From Antedon mediterranea (lineage: Eukaryota; Animalia; Echinodermata): a stretch of DNA of 64,000 nucleotides. The stretch covers positions 7,936,001 to 8,000,000 of the forward strand of contig NC_092674.1 of NCBI RefSeq assembly GCF_964355755.1, given 5' to 3'. Below the pieces are notes generated by a model that saw only the letters and a program-made list of their open reading frames with translations, did no database searches and was not told the origin of the DNA. A program made the position numbers and the translations under genes. This document shows positions 1 through 12,000 of the stretch, in pieces (the stretch's first letter is position 1; each line of letters opens with the position of its first letter).

Positions 1-451
1 TAAGGTAAAAAAACTATCATGGAGCCATGGTTTTGAATATTGAATAATATTTATATAGTAAGTTAACTTTAGTTAGCAAAACCAAACAACCTAAATAAAT
101 CAGAAATTGAGTGAAATACTTGGCAATATAGAGATAGCAACAGTGCTATTTATTATTTTGGCCCATATATTGAATATAATATATATATAAATAACTCGAG
201 ATTTTAATCAAAATTTGTCACCAATACATCAATTGTTCTGACAATCAACAGATATGTCTGGAAGTATATACCTATTAACACCTAACAATTCAGGAAGAAG
301 ATTTTGGGCGCAACCGTGCAAACAAACAATCAAAAACAAAGAAACAAAGCAAGTACTATACTTAGCAAATTTATACTTTGCTAAGTAACAATTGTGGTTA
401 ATTGTGGTACAGTAGTATCACAAGGGTGTATACTTTTAGAGTATACAGTAC

Positions 452-2733
452 CTTGACAAGTATCACCAGTGTATCCATCCAAACAGTCTGACCCGGATGA
501 ACATCCTGTGTGTTTATCACAAACACTATCGTCACAGTGACATTCTTGGCGACAATCAGCTCCATAGTATCCAGCCCCACACACTATAAAACGTAGTTAA
601 ATATTATTCACAGATAATATTATGTTTACAGTTTTCACATCTTATTCTATCATTATTTCTTATCTTACTTGAGTGAACATGTAATAATCATTACAATAAT
701 ATTATAGTATAATCATATTATAGCAATAACTCTAATACAGTATAAATTATAAACTTTTTAAATCTATATATAATTTTACATAAGGGCACATTTTAGTAAC
801 AATAACCTGTACTACAATCATTTCCTCCAAAACCATTGATGCATGTACAACCAACTGGATCAGGTGGACAAAAAAGTATTCCAGTACAATTCGCACCCTC
901 GCTGCTACACACAGAGTCGCATTTACGACCCCAGTTGTTATTTCCACAACCTATCGCAAATAAAATACATACAATAACGTTCAATGTATGTTTATTTGTT
1001 AATTACACGTCCACGTATTTTAGCAGTTTATATTTAGGCCTACCGTTTTCACAAGAATCACCGTTGAATCCTGCTGGGCAAATACAAACACCCGTCTTAT
1101 CGTCACACACTCCGCCATTATAACAAACGGGACAGTTCATTTCACAGTCTGGAGGGTTCCATTTTGGTGAGGGACAAGCTAAGAAAGCATTTAAAATAAA
1201 TATAACTATACGATTATATTGGTTTGTATATTTTTGCTTAGTACAAACAGAATACTGCGACTAATGTTTAAGTTTTAAGTTTGTACATCATGTTTTCCAA
1301 ACTAGCATTTCAAATCTCAAAACTACATTATAAACTAATTTTAAACTAAAATAAACGTATTTCATTTCAAAATGTACTTTTCTTTTGTACCATTTTTCAA
1401 TAATATTCCTATAAATCTTTGTCAATGCTGTTTTTTTTTTTAACGTAGAATTATTATTATATCAACCGACCACATCAAATAATTCTCATTTGTATATAAG
1501 GAACTATTTTATCTGACGTTTTTCCATCTGTTTAATTAATATGTAATAAATGTTATAACTTACTTCTAACAATAAGTCTCATGATAACATGGTTACCATC
1601 AGGGCTATCACCTGTATAACATTCATATACGCCATCATCTTTTCTTCGTATGTTTCCAATCACAGCAGACGTTTTACCCGTCATATTGTGTATTTCCTTT
1701 CCATAATTATGTCTCCAGCGTAAATCGTCAAGATCACCACCTTTACTGAGATTGATAGTGACAGACTCCCCTATACCGACCGTAGTCGTTCTGTGCTCCA
1801 TTTCAATATTGGCTGTAAAAATTGAATCAATAGGTCTTACAAACTAAACGTAATTATGTAATGGGCTGATGTGTTTTTCTAGTTAACAATCACCTCTATA
1901 AAAAAAATTAATTGATAATTTAAGGACGGGATTGCATGGCATTACTCACCAGAAGCAGATTTCAATATTATTGCTGTATGTGTGACTACTCCATTTTTCT
2001 TTGCTTCAAATGAAAAGACACCAGTCTGAGTTTGTAAGTTATTAACACCTAGAAAGGTGAAATATTGGTGTGTTCGGAATCTAATTATGCTGTCGGTGGA
2101 AAATATTTTACCGTCTGGCATATCTTTTGTTTGCTGCCTAGAGCTTGGGCCTTTAAAATTACCAGTATCAGCCCAAGTCACGTTATCGTTTCCATTAATA
2201 TTCTTGTACAATATTCCAACAGATAAATCTCTGATGTCTTTGTCTTTTTGAAGTGCGAATCCTTGAAACCAACCATTACTATTCGCGTCAACTAGAGGTG
2301 TTCCAGAAAGTGCTGTTATATCTAATGGCTCTTTAAAGAATAAAAAAAATAGTAATTTTTAAATGAAGTTCGAACTGGTGAATAATAGCTAGTACTGTAG
2401 ACCATTTTCGGGAATACGGTATACATGTAGAATAAATAGATTATAGTAATATAACAATGTGACACAATTAGCAGTGGCTGTTTGCAGATTAGAGGTAACC
2501 TTATGATTTGTTATTTCTATTGTTACAGCAATTTGCCGATAGTTATTGCTTCCACACACAAAAAATTAGCCATGTATATTTCAATACAAACTAATGAATA
2601 AAAATAGGAACCCCCGATTTAAAAAAAAAATTGTAAACAAATCAGTATAAAACATACCTGATAATCCTGAATTAAACGTAAAATATAGAGTCACAAGCAG
2701 GTAGAACAAGTGTGAAAAACGTATAGCTAACAT
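452..2733 (-). CDS. Gene A: Tie-like receptor, 5' part (signal peptide, Ig1, Ig2, EGF exons); continues beyond window start
   Basis: GT-AG exons: 2658-2733 (MLAIRFSHLFYLLVTLYFTFNSGLS), 1950-2330 (EPLDITALSGTPLV..., Ig1), 1564-1812 (Ig2, ...DDGVYECY...MRLIVR), 1044-1178 (CPSPKWNPPDC...CYNGGVCDDKTGVCICPAGF), 807-950 (...LFCPPDPVGCTC), 452-583. All in frame. The RLIVR-C..KW..C / CICP.GF / FC.PDP.GC.C pattern matches the Tie1/Tie2 Ig2-EGF region as I recall it. Confidence 0.88.
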
Positions 2734-5700
2734 CTTCACTAAGCTCACAGGTACCAGAATTAGTAGCTGACTAGTCCTAGTAGTACGCTCATTTAAAACT
2801 CAATATTCGATTAGCAAATGTGCCATAGGCCTAATATTAAAAAATGTGTAATAATGACATTAGCAGTTGAATCAGTGAATGTTCGGATTTCCGAAATTGA
2901 CGTTTGGGGGCGTAGATATTGGTGTTGGGTTGTTGAAAAATTATAGTAGTGGAAGTTATTATAGTAGATAATAATTATATTCTTATTCCTGAAGGTCGAT
3001 GCCGAATTATGATTTGAATACATGCGGAAAATAAAGCCAGAATCAATAGTTCAGTAGGCATGTTTGTATCATATTAATATATAAAAGTATTAATGTCATA
3101 CCGTATTTTATTTCTCAAATTGTATTCAGTATAGTAATTAAAAGTAATTTACTTTAGCTATTTTCATATTTATCTTGTGCATTTATATATTCTATTTGTT
3201 AATGGTATGTGTCTTTTAGGGGGATGTGGATAGAGAAGCTTGTCACATGTTCATCCATTTCTTTTTGCTGCCTATATGTTATGTTATGTGCAGTGATAAA
3301 GCTTAATAAATTTTAAAAAAATAAACGATACAAAGTTCGATCTTATTTTTACGAAATAAAACTGAAACAAGGGAACACCGAGTATGTCATATTACTGGAC
3401 CAATTATTGGATTATCTATCATTAGAATCATTCATTAATTGTGTGGAAACGATTTGTCTGCTCTCGAGGGATCCACCCTGTAACCGTTTTAGTGATCGTG
3501 GCCGTAAAACCTGTATGCGCACAGCAGTAGATGAGAGATTGGATCAAATAGTGGACGTCGTATAGCCGATTACCATCATTTTAGTGCCCTTGAATTGCAG
3601 ACTATTTTTGGTGAAGTGACATATAGAGTCAACTCACAACCATTGTTTGCGGATGGAACTGATCCCTGAATCATCACCAATTACTTTCTTTTACCACACG
3701 AACAACCTGTAATGGTGCAACCCAACTCGGACGTGCTAACGAATCAGAAAGGTATTTTCGACATGGCACAACGACCTATCCTTGCATTCTGGGATTGCTC
3801 AAATAGTACAACGTTCAAAGATTGGATATTTTGTGCTAGTACTTGAACCTGGGTTAACGGGGGCACAGTACCTTGATTAACGGTGTATAATTGTTGTGGA
3901 TGTGAAGCCTGGGAAGGACAATCTTATTCTTAGGGCCATATAATGGTAATGGTAATGTAGAAAGATCAAATAAGTACACTGGAACGGCCTGTACATAAAC
4001 TGTGTTTGATTGCAATTGTGAAAGAACACAATTTTTCTTCGAAATAAGATAATATATTACGTAAAAGTCTTTCAGACGTCTGAACATTTAATTACTGTAA
4101 TATTATTAAATATAGATTTGTTTTGTAGTGGTTATTCGAAATCATTGTACGTACTGTGACTCATTTTAATTCGTCACAAAGCGGGAGCGTTTCGGATTTC
4201 CGAACATTGGCGTTTGGGGTGTGAATATTTTGGTTGTAGACGAATTGACAGCAAGAAAGTCAGGGTTATCTAATAATATATAGGTGGACGTAAGTTATTA
4301 TATTATAGTTTGTGTATTCAGACTTTTCCTAAGGATAAAGTACGGCTAAAGTAACTATAACGAATTCGTTGTATCATCATCCGGATGGATGATACGTAGG
4401 TCTACGGATTATAATACAAAGTTTTTCCTTGTGTGGTTTTATCAACTCGTGACTATATCTTTTACAAATAATTGTCTTATATTTAACACTTAAATGGAAC
4501 AGTTATGGTTTTGACATTCATTCGCAAAAATAATCTACTATCATTTAAACGTAAACTTAAATTAAATGGTTCCCTTTTTTGACAGTTTATACTGTACCAT
4601 AATAATAATTATAATTATTTAAAATGTGTTGTGCATGTGCGTGGACGCAGACGAGAAGTAAGACAGTGAGTTGATCTGGGTCTCCGTATTAAAGTTAATT
4701 TATTTAATTAATTAGTTAAATTAAACTTAATGCCGTTATTTGTAGATCTTAATTAAGTTGGTTGACTATCGTAACTAATTTGCCTTTCAAATTTGTTTGT
4801 TTTGGTATTGACAGATAAATAAATGTATTTTTTTTTTTAAATAACAATTTTATATAAATAATTTCATGTGATTTCAGTCTGTTAATTAAGATTGGATTGA
4901 TTTAAATTAGAAAATAAAAACACGCAAGCATAAGATAAACGTATACAGTATATACCAGGTAAATACAACAAAATACATTAAAGCCATCTTTTTTTTTAAT
5001 GCATTCTAACTTCATTGTTTGTAAAATGCTACCGATTAATATTTAAGGTTATTTTTTATTATTTATTATTTAGTGACATTTCATTAATTCAATCATTAAA
5101 GAGTCGTGAAGAAATGCTTGCTAAACAGTTATTAATATAGTAGAAAAGCTGACTAATTTTAACTAGTGATTTGATTATTTAATTAGTACTGACAATGCTA
5201 TACTGTTGTAAAACAGTTTAATAGGACTAGGACGACATCATATTTCTGTTATATATTATGAAGATTATAAGAGATAGCCTACAGTGAAATAAGCATTTTT
5301 TTATCCTTTTGTTTATACTAATTTAATTTTGTATTTAAGCCTATTCTGCATTCATAGAAATGTTCGTAAATAGTTATTAAATTACGCTGTATATAATACT
5401 TCTAGTTAAAGTCATATACAGCTTTCAAAAGAAATGGTTGCTATATCTATATATATATATATATTATAATAATTGTATTTTCGTTTAAATCTTACTGTAG
5501 AAAGACTACTTCAAAGTGTCTGTTCTATAAATGATTAATATGGATCTTTCGATTTGCCATGACCAAACTAGGTCATGTCAGTTCATTGTACGGACAAGTT
5601 AGGACGCCCTTCTTCGCTCTCCATCTCGACGCTTGGTGGCTTGTAAGTTCAGATGATAATCGACCGTCGATTGACATGACCTAGCTTGGTTCAGATCGTC

Positions 5701-5935
5701 ATCGCAAATCTGCAGCTTCTCTTATTTTCTATTTTACATATTTTATTTAATGCAGTTTATTGGTTAATCGTTTTGGATAGGAGCACTTAAGAATGGTCGT
5801 TTATTTTGCAAACTACCAGTTTTGTTGATAAAATTGTATTATATTTACATTTTGTTGATTGTTTTTAGACTATGCTTAATTATAGCTATAGATTTACTTC
5901 TGTACTGTAACTACATTTTTTATTTCTTCAGTACT

Positions 5936-6014
5936 TAGGCTAGGCTAGGCTAGGCTAGGCTAGGCTAGGCTAGGCTAGGCTAGGCTAGGCTAGGCTAGGT
6001 ACTACTACTACTAC
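5936..6014. repeat. (TAGGC)n followed by (TAC)n microsatellite
   Basis: About 12 perfect TAGGC units, then about 5 TAC units, just 3' of the gene B stop. Confidence 0.95.
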
Positions 6015-6041
6015 TAACTCAATAGGTTTATTTTTGATTTC

Positions 6042-9000
6042 TCAATCAACTGTGTTAACATAAACATGTTCCGGTGCAGGCTTGGTGTTTGCATAAACAT
6101 GTTCACCAGATGAGGATTCAACAGCAGGTTTAATTTCTTCATACTCACTTTCTTCATATTTCTTAGATAGACTTTGATAATTTGTATCTATTGTGCATAC
6201 ATTTTGTTGAACATCAAATTTAGCAGCGTGTTTTCCTGAATCTATACGTCTAAATCTAAAAGAGACCAAATGTATTTATATCAATCAATTAATAAAAAAA
6301 AATTAATAAAAAATAAATATTTCATCAATATCAAACAAGGCCAACAGCCATTAAGTCGCGTGCTACAATGCATAGTGATACCGGACCGACAGACAAACAG
6401 ACCGACAGACAGACAGACCGACAGACAGACGGACCGACCGACCGACATAGTGAACTATACTGACCGAAATTACTGAACATGTTTAAAAATGTTGAAATGT
6501 TTAAAAACATTTATATTTTTTTAATTTACACGTGCGTAGCCTGTCACTTTTGACGTGCTCGTATAACGTAATTTCGAGTTGAAAAGTAAGTCAAGAAAAC
6601 AGAAATCGGGCAAGAAGAGTGCGCAATAACATTTAACGTGCAGTGCGCGCGCAAAAATCTGCGCACTCATGGCAATTTTGTAAACGCTTAAAATTGCCTG
6701 AAACGTACTCTTATTTCATCGAAAATAAATTTTGAAAATTTTAAACGCGCTTACGCATGCGTTACATGCGCTACGCACGTAATTGTATTGCCATATGATG
6801 ATTTATGCCCTGAAATTTATGAGTACCAAATTTTATTTAATTGTGATTCATGGTTGTTAAGATATGATTACAAACGTGATTTCGTTAAATCGTGCGTAGA
6901 CCACGTAATTTTTTATTGCGTAATTTTCGATGAAATAAGAGTACGTTTCAGTCAATTTTAAGCGTTTACAAAATTGCCATGAGTGCGCAGATTTTTGCGC
7001 GCGCACTGCGCGTTAATTGTTATTGCGCACTCTTTTTGCCCGATTTCTGTTTTCTTGACTTACTTTTCAACTCGAAATTACGTTATACGAGCTCGTCAAA
7101 AGTGACAGGCTACGCACGTGTAAATTAAAAAATATAACTGTTTTTAAACATTTCAACATTTTTAAACATGTTCAGTCATTTCAGTCAGTTGGTAGGTTGG
7201 TCGGTCGGTCGGTAAACACTAAGCACGCGACTGCAGCCATCTATATGGCCTTGTTCTTTTAAGTTTTAAGTTTTGTGATATGGATAAAATATCAAGCATA
7301 GTAACAGTTTCAGTGTGTGATACTATATGGATGAAATATCAAGCATAGTAACAGTTTCAGTGTGTGATACTATATGGATGAAATATCAAGCATAGTAACA
7401 GTTTCAGTGTGTGATACTATATGGATGAAATATCAAGCATAGTAACAGTTTCAGTGTGTGATACTATATGGATGAAATATCAAGCATAGTAACAGTTTCA
7501 GTGTGTGATACTATATGGATGAAATATCAAGCATAGTAACAGTTTCAGTGTGTGATACTATATGGATGAAATATCAAGCATAGTAACAGTTTCAGTGTGT
7601 GATACTATATGGATGAAATATCAAGCATAGTAACAGTTTCAGTGTGTGATACTATATGGATGAAATATCAAGCATAGTAACAGTTTCAGTGTGTGATACT
7701 ATATGGATGAAATATCAAGCATAGTAACAGTTTCAGTGTGTGATACTATATGGATGAAATATCAAGCATAGTAACAGTTTCAGTGTGTGATACTATACCG
7801 TTTATACATCATCACGATGACAGCAACTGTGATAACTGCCGCGATTAGTGAGCCAATTACAACACCTATGATGTAACCTGGAAAATATAAAAGGACAAAT
7901 TTTCTTGTTTTATTTACATTACTGGTACTGAATCTAATAAGAATTCCAAACAATGAACTATGTATAATACACACCTTGTTTCTTTTGGTCACAATTTGGT
8001 CCAAAAATGAATTTCTTTGTGTCAGATGTCCCACTAACGTGTAAAAATGATGCCAATACTGTGAATGTATATTCTGTACATGACTCAATTCCTTCACCAA
8101 ACAAAACTTGAGTTTCTGTAGTATTTCTTTGCTGAAATATTCCACCACCTGACAGTTCATAATGGTAGGTCACCTGATAGTTTGGAATGTCACATGTAGA
8201 AGCGTTCCATTTCATCAGTATATGTGTTCCATTTGTGAATGGATTGCTTTTTATCGATGGCTCTATTATTGTAACATAGAATATTAAACAGATTTTTAAT
8301 AAATGAATTATACTAGACATTAAGAATTGTTTCAATTGGCCGATAAAATGTTTTACCCATTTTTTTATATATAAACTTTACACTAAATGACCAACTAGGC
8401 CTAAATGTTAGTAAAATACACTCACACATTTAATGATTTAAGCATACCTGATGGTGCTGTTTGTATCAATATGTCCTCTCCCCAATTACCAACAATCTCC
8501 ATATTATTAACAACTCGAGCGTTTACGACATAAGCAGTACAACTTAATAATCCTGGTAGTTGAACTTCTAATTGAGAACTGTTTGTTGTGTTGACTACAT
8601 TTAGTATACTTCCATCGATGTCTGAGTACTGCACTTGATATCGAAGGATATAGTTACACTGGATTCGATCATAATCACTAGAAACAGACTGAAATACAGA
8701 AAAAAGACAAATACCGTTATTTGAATCTGATACTGGTAACCAATTTCTGTTTGATAATATGTTATATTGTAAGGACAAACAATTAGAGAATACTTTACAA
8801 CTTTACTTGCTTGAACTTACTTAGTTCATTTACAAATACCAATAACGTAATGTATACGGTATTTACATTCACTACTTTAATTAGACTTTCTAGTAGGCCT
8901 CCTAGTTCCGTAATAATTAATTTGTTGATTGTGGAACTTACGATAATGAAGAACAAACAAGAACAATAAAAACATATCTAGTGTACCTTTAAATTCACTA

Positions 9001-12000
9001 TCATCTGATTATCTCCAATGGTTTTTAACTCCATCTCAGGTTCTTCTAAAGGCTCTATTTCATAATATGTAACACAGCGGATTAGAACAGACATACAAAA
9101 TACAACGTGGTGTGCTATGGTAGATATCATAATAATTTTTCTAACAACAAAGAATAAATAAAGGAATATCTCATATAATCCAACAAAAAGTTAGCATACT
9201 GTAAAACAAGTAAAAATTAATAATCTGTGAATGATAAAATCCTTAAAACAAATGTTGGCAATCTTTTAATTCTAGATCTATAGATACTAGATTTATAAAA
9301 TCAGTTGACGCGTTGCTGATTACATGGCTTGGCAGTTTGTTAACTGATTATCTGTAATGTTAGATCTTGCCTGAACATATTGTGTTGGTTGATCCAAGTG
9401 TACTTCTTGGTCCATCTACCTCAATACCACCAACCATCCTCGAAAACTGAGAGTAGAATTGAACTTGCGTATTTGGGATAAGTTTGTCAATGACAATACA
9501 TAAATCATTATATGATTCAGTTATTGATATAAATGAATCCATCTCCGATGATTTATACGAAAGTTTCCGTTTTGTAATTGTTCCTGTTCCATAGTCTTCA
9601 CCAAGAATCCAAGTGACGTCAAATGTTATACTTGCTGCTGTCTGATTTACAACAGTTGGTGGTTTAAAGTTGTATGGTAATGCTATTTATGAAAATAGAA
9701 AACACACTGAACTATTAAAACAGAATACATGTAGGCCTATGTGTTGTTCTGCCGTATAAACTTTACTAAATCATCTGCATATCTAATTAGATGGTTTTAC
9801 TCGCTTTATAGTCGGATGTATAGAGACTATAATGACTTCAGAGATATAGATAATATATGGGCAAGGCAATTGAGAATAATTCATAGAGAAACATACGATA
9901 AATGTTCATGTGGAGCAATTTGTCGATAATCAAGTGTAAATATGATTATGACTATCAATCTGTTTGTGTGTGCATCATAATTTTTGTGCAAATTAATTAA
10001 TTATTCTCTTTATGTGTATATAATCAGGTTTTAAATGTTTTTTTTATATTTACATAATTGACTATTTTGTAGTTTTTGTAGGGCTGTGGATACTCGCATG
10101 TTTTTGCGCATTGTTGCTTTCGCAACCTCTATTTTTGACCGATTGTGTTGATAAAATAAATGGAATGAATAAATAAAACTGTAAAACATGGAAACATTTG
10201 ATGATCCTAGTTGCCTATTGTGAATTTTCTAAATGGAAATCAAATTAACTGCATCTTCAGTTATACAATGAGGTACTACAGAGAAAAGGCAAGATGTATG
10301 TATGTGTATGTATTTAATTAATTAACTTTCATGACAAAATATGTAACTAATAATCTAATCTCTCTCTCTTTTCCGATAATTCTTCAGGCTACTTTGAATA
10401 GCTGAAAGTATACGACATATATAGTTTAATGTCGTGTAGTTACCTATGCTGCAGTTTGGTCCAGCCCAAGCTTCATGGCATCCATTATCGCAACCTCCAT
10501 CTCGATTACAATCTGCCGAAGCTTTGCAGTGACACAGGAAATTACACAAAGCACCAAAGAATCCGGATGAACATGACGGAGGCTCTTTAGAAACCAAGAA
10601 TAATATCATTAGCAATTTCAATGTACTGTACAGTATAAATGATTGTGTAAAAGTCAAAGAAAACTTAATTGAGTAGAAACTCAGTTACCAAAGTAAATGC
10701 ATAGAATTGACCAAAAGGTTTAATTTTCCTCCATTGTCCCATTATATTGTTCGGATTGATTTTTTGGTGAATTTGTGAATTTATTCGGGGTGAATCGCCA
10801 TTCAAATGGATCAGTGGTACATTTTAAACCGCCCAGTGATATAAAGAAAAGTATCTATCTTATTTTTAATAATATACTACCTAAACACGTGTCTCCTGTG
10901 TAACCAGACGAACATTTTGAACCGGAAATGCATCCTGTTGTTTTATTACAAACGCCATTGTCACAGTTACATTTTTGACGACAATCTGCTCCATAGTATC
11001 CAGCATCGCACACTGGAAAACATGAAACAATTGTAGTTTAAAATACTTACATCTTATCTAATATTAAAAACTGTAAAAATCAATCTTATACAGAAAATAA
11101 TAAAACAAAACAACTATACGATTAGTAATAATAATAATACTGAGATATGGTACAAATAGTACGAACAGTAATCACGGTGATAGATGTGAAAGCAGTGAAG
11201 CGATATCAATAGTATCAGCCGATTCTGCTACTGTCAAGAGGTATCTATCTGTAAAACTATGTACAGCATTTCTGCAGACAGCAACGTATATAACTTGCTA
11301 TAGTTGTATAGATAGATACCTCTTACAGTAGCAGAATCGGGTCCTAGTATATGAATTAGCCTAAAGGCAAAATTCGACATATCCCTCCAAACACCTATCG
11401 AAAACCAGTATACTAATCAAGTTTAGTTAGAAAAGTATTTAGGTTAAACGTAAATATTGTAAATAATGTGTATTCATAGTTATGTTACGTCATCATTGGA
11501 TGGCGGTCAATAATGTTAAACTTTATAGTAGTGACCTGTAGGGCTTAAGTTTGAGTTTTCGTCTGACATCAATAGTTGAAAAAATAGTTTGGCATAATGG
11601 CAAAGATAATTAAGAAATGCTTTTTTGCATAATTTATCATAATTTTGGAAATTTATTTATTTTATTAAAACATATTACCTCAACAACATATTTTTTGAGT
11701 ATTAATAGCACTAATAACACTAAAATATAATAATCATTATTTTCATCATAGGCACAAAACATATAAAATGTTCTGACCTGTAGTACAGTCTCTTCCTCCA
11801 AAACCTTTCATACATGTACATCCAACTGGATCAGGTGGACAGAAAAAAACCCCAACGCAATTTCCACCAGTAGAACAGTTACTGTTGCATTCATGGCCAA
11901 AGTTGTTAATTCTACATCCTTAAAAAATACATTAAAAGTATCTCATAAAAGAAACATCTTTACTACATCATAAAAGTATTATTATCTTATCCTTTGTATA

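Noticed and set aside
5936-5999. (TAGGC)n as an interstitial telomere
   Set aside because: The unit is not TTAGGG, TTAGG or TTAGGC, and TAGGC/TAGGCCTA motifs are common throughout this window.
6015-6044. Programmed read-through or selenocysteine at B's TGA
   Set aside because: The downstream frame runs into a microsatellite and a TAG within about 18 codons, so it is better explained as a deletion scar.
7281-7797. 47-bp repeats as a CRISPR array
   Set aside because: Units are head-to-tail with no unique spacers, the context is a eukaryotic intron, and there are no cas genes.
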